Below are positions 63,256-64,000 of a stretch of 64,000 nucleotides of DNA, piece after piece. A program made the translations under genes and the position numbers. Under the pieces are notes generated by a model, which was given only the letters and a program-made list of their open reading frames with translations, was not told where the DNA came from and made no database searches. This stretch comes from Pseudovirgaria hyperparasitica (Eukaryota): NCBI GenBank assembly GCA_010093815.1, contig ML996577.1; one strand, 5' to 3'. The first letter of the stretch is position 1, and each line of letters begins with the position of its first letter.

Positions 63256-64000
63256 ATGTCTCGCCACGGTGGGCACCACAATAAAGGCAATTTCGGCCTC
63301 GAGGCCCTTGGTATCGGGAGTGCAGTGGGCGTCATCGCCGGGACCTACAAGTTCGGCGAATTCCTTCACAATGCGAAGAAGCTCCAAGAAGTGCACCTCG
63401 AAAACCAGGCTTTTGTATCCGTCGCCCAGCGCGCCTCGCTCGACCTGCGCGAGACTGCGCGCCTGCTCGCACATCCCAAAATCAAGCATGCGTTGAGCAC
63501 GAACCCTGAGAAGAGAGCTTGGATTGAAGGCGCAATTAGGGACACGGAAAAGGGCGTCGCATTCTTGGTTAGGCATACGAAGCGCGTGGATAAAGATGTA
63601 CATGGCGGGAGCTGGGGCTTTGGGATACGGAATAGGTTTCGTTGGGTGTTGGATGATCGTGATAAAGCGGTTCATGCAAGAATTGAGCTTGTGACGGCGC
63701 ACCAAACGCTATTGGAGGTGATAGGGTTCTTAGGAAGCCTGGAGCCAATGGCTCGTCATGAAGAGAAAGCAGACAGGCGACAAGTGGATGTCCATGTTGA
63801 ACATGACAGTCGGCGGGAGGTAGATATCGAATATGACAGGCCCCGTGAGGTTGATGTCGACTTCAACGTCAAGAAGGAGTACGAGTATAGAGATGAGAGG
63901 CCACGCTATGAATACGATGTTCACCGGGAGGTCAGAGTCGATCGTCGCGGCGGGCACAAAGACGAGGGTTACGACAGTCATGACGAATCTGATTTCCAAT
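63256..64000 (+). CDS. Hypothetical protein, 3' truncated by the window end (absent from the ORF track)
   Basis: CCGCCATG start and 248 codons without a stop: MSRHGGHHNKGNFGLEALGIGSAVGVIAGTYKFGEF...IRNRFRWVLDDRDK...REVDIEYDRPREVDVDF... Confidence 0.75.
   Translation, partial: MSRHGGHHNKGNFGLEALGIGSAVGVIAGTYKFGEFLHNAKKLQEVHLENQAFVSVAQRASLDLRETARLLAHPKIKHALSTNPEKRAWIEGAIRDTEKGVAFLVRHTKRVDKDVHGGSWGFGIRNRFRWVLDDRDKAVHARIELVTAHQTLLEVIGFLGSLEPMARHEEKADRRQVDVHVEHDSRREVDIEYDRPREVDVDFNVKKEYEYRDERPRYEYDVHREVRVDRRGGHKDEGYDSHDESDFQ

Noticed and set aside
63226..63999. Minus-strand ORFs 63226-63705 and 63730-63999
   Set aside because: Shadows of the plus-strand ORF starting at 63256.

Overview
Filamentous ascomycete (Pezizomycotina) nuclear DNA. 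Genes have short GT-AG introns with CTRAC/CTAAC branch points, so most ORF-track entries are exon fragments or shadow ORFs; genes were re-spliced by hand. Conserved genes: 3' end of an opsin, TGL4-like patatin lipase, IDI1, homocitrate synthase, zf-MYND protein, Asi3-like RING ligase, mitochondrial RNA polymerase RPO41, an MFS transporter, MDV1/CAF4, chorismate mutase ARO7, ALG3 and an EIF1AD-like protein. Accessory stretches lie between them: (i) 5.5-14.3 kb, a C2HC+Zn2Cys6 regulator, an SDR, a secreted TNT-domain NADase and a Bys1-like small secreted protein; (ii) 25-34.4 kb, a gene-poor island of stop-riddled but frame-preserved orphan ORFs with possible RIP-type decay; (iii) 42-49.6 kb, a half-decayed tailoring cluster (BBE-like FAD oxidase relic, DUF3328/UstYa relic, intact O-methyltransferase, intact P450 lacking the I-helix Thr, adjacent GT34-like transferase) with no backbone enzyme in the window; (iv) 50.3-52 kb, AT-rich DNA with a possible short LTR and an APH-like phosphotransferase. 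An ORF missing from the track starts at 63256 and runs off the end; it has a HeLo-like-looking N-terminus followed by beta-strand pseudo-repeats. All family calls come from motif recognition by eye, not database searches.
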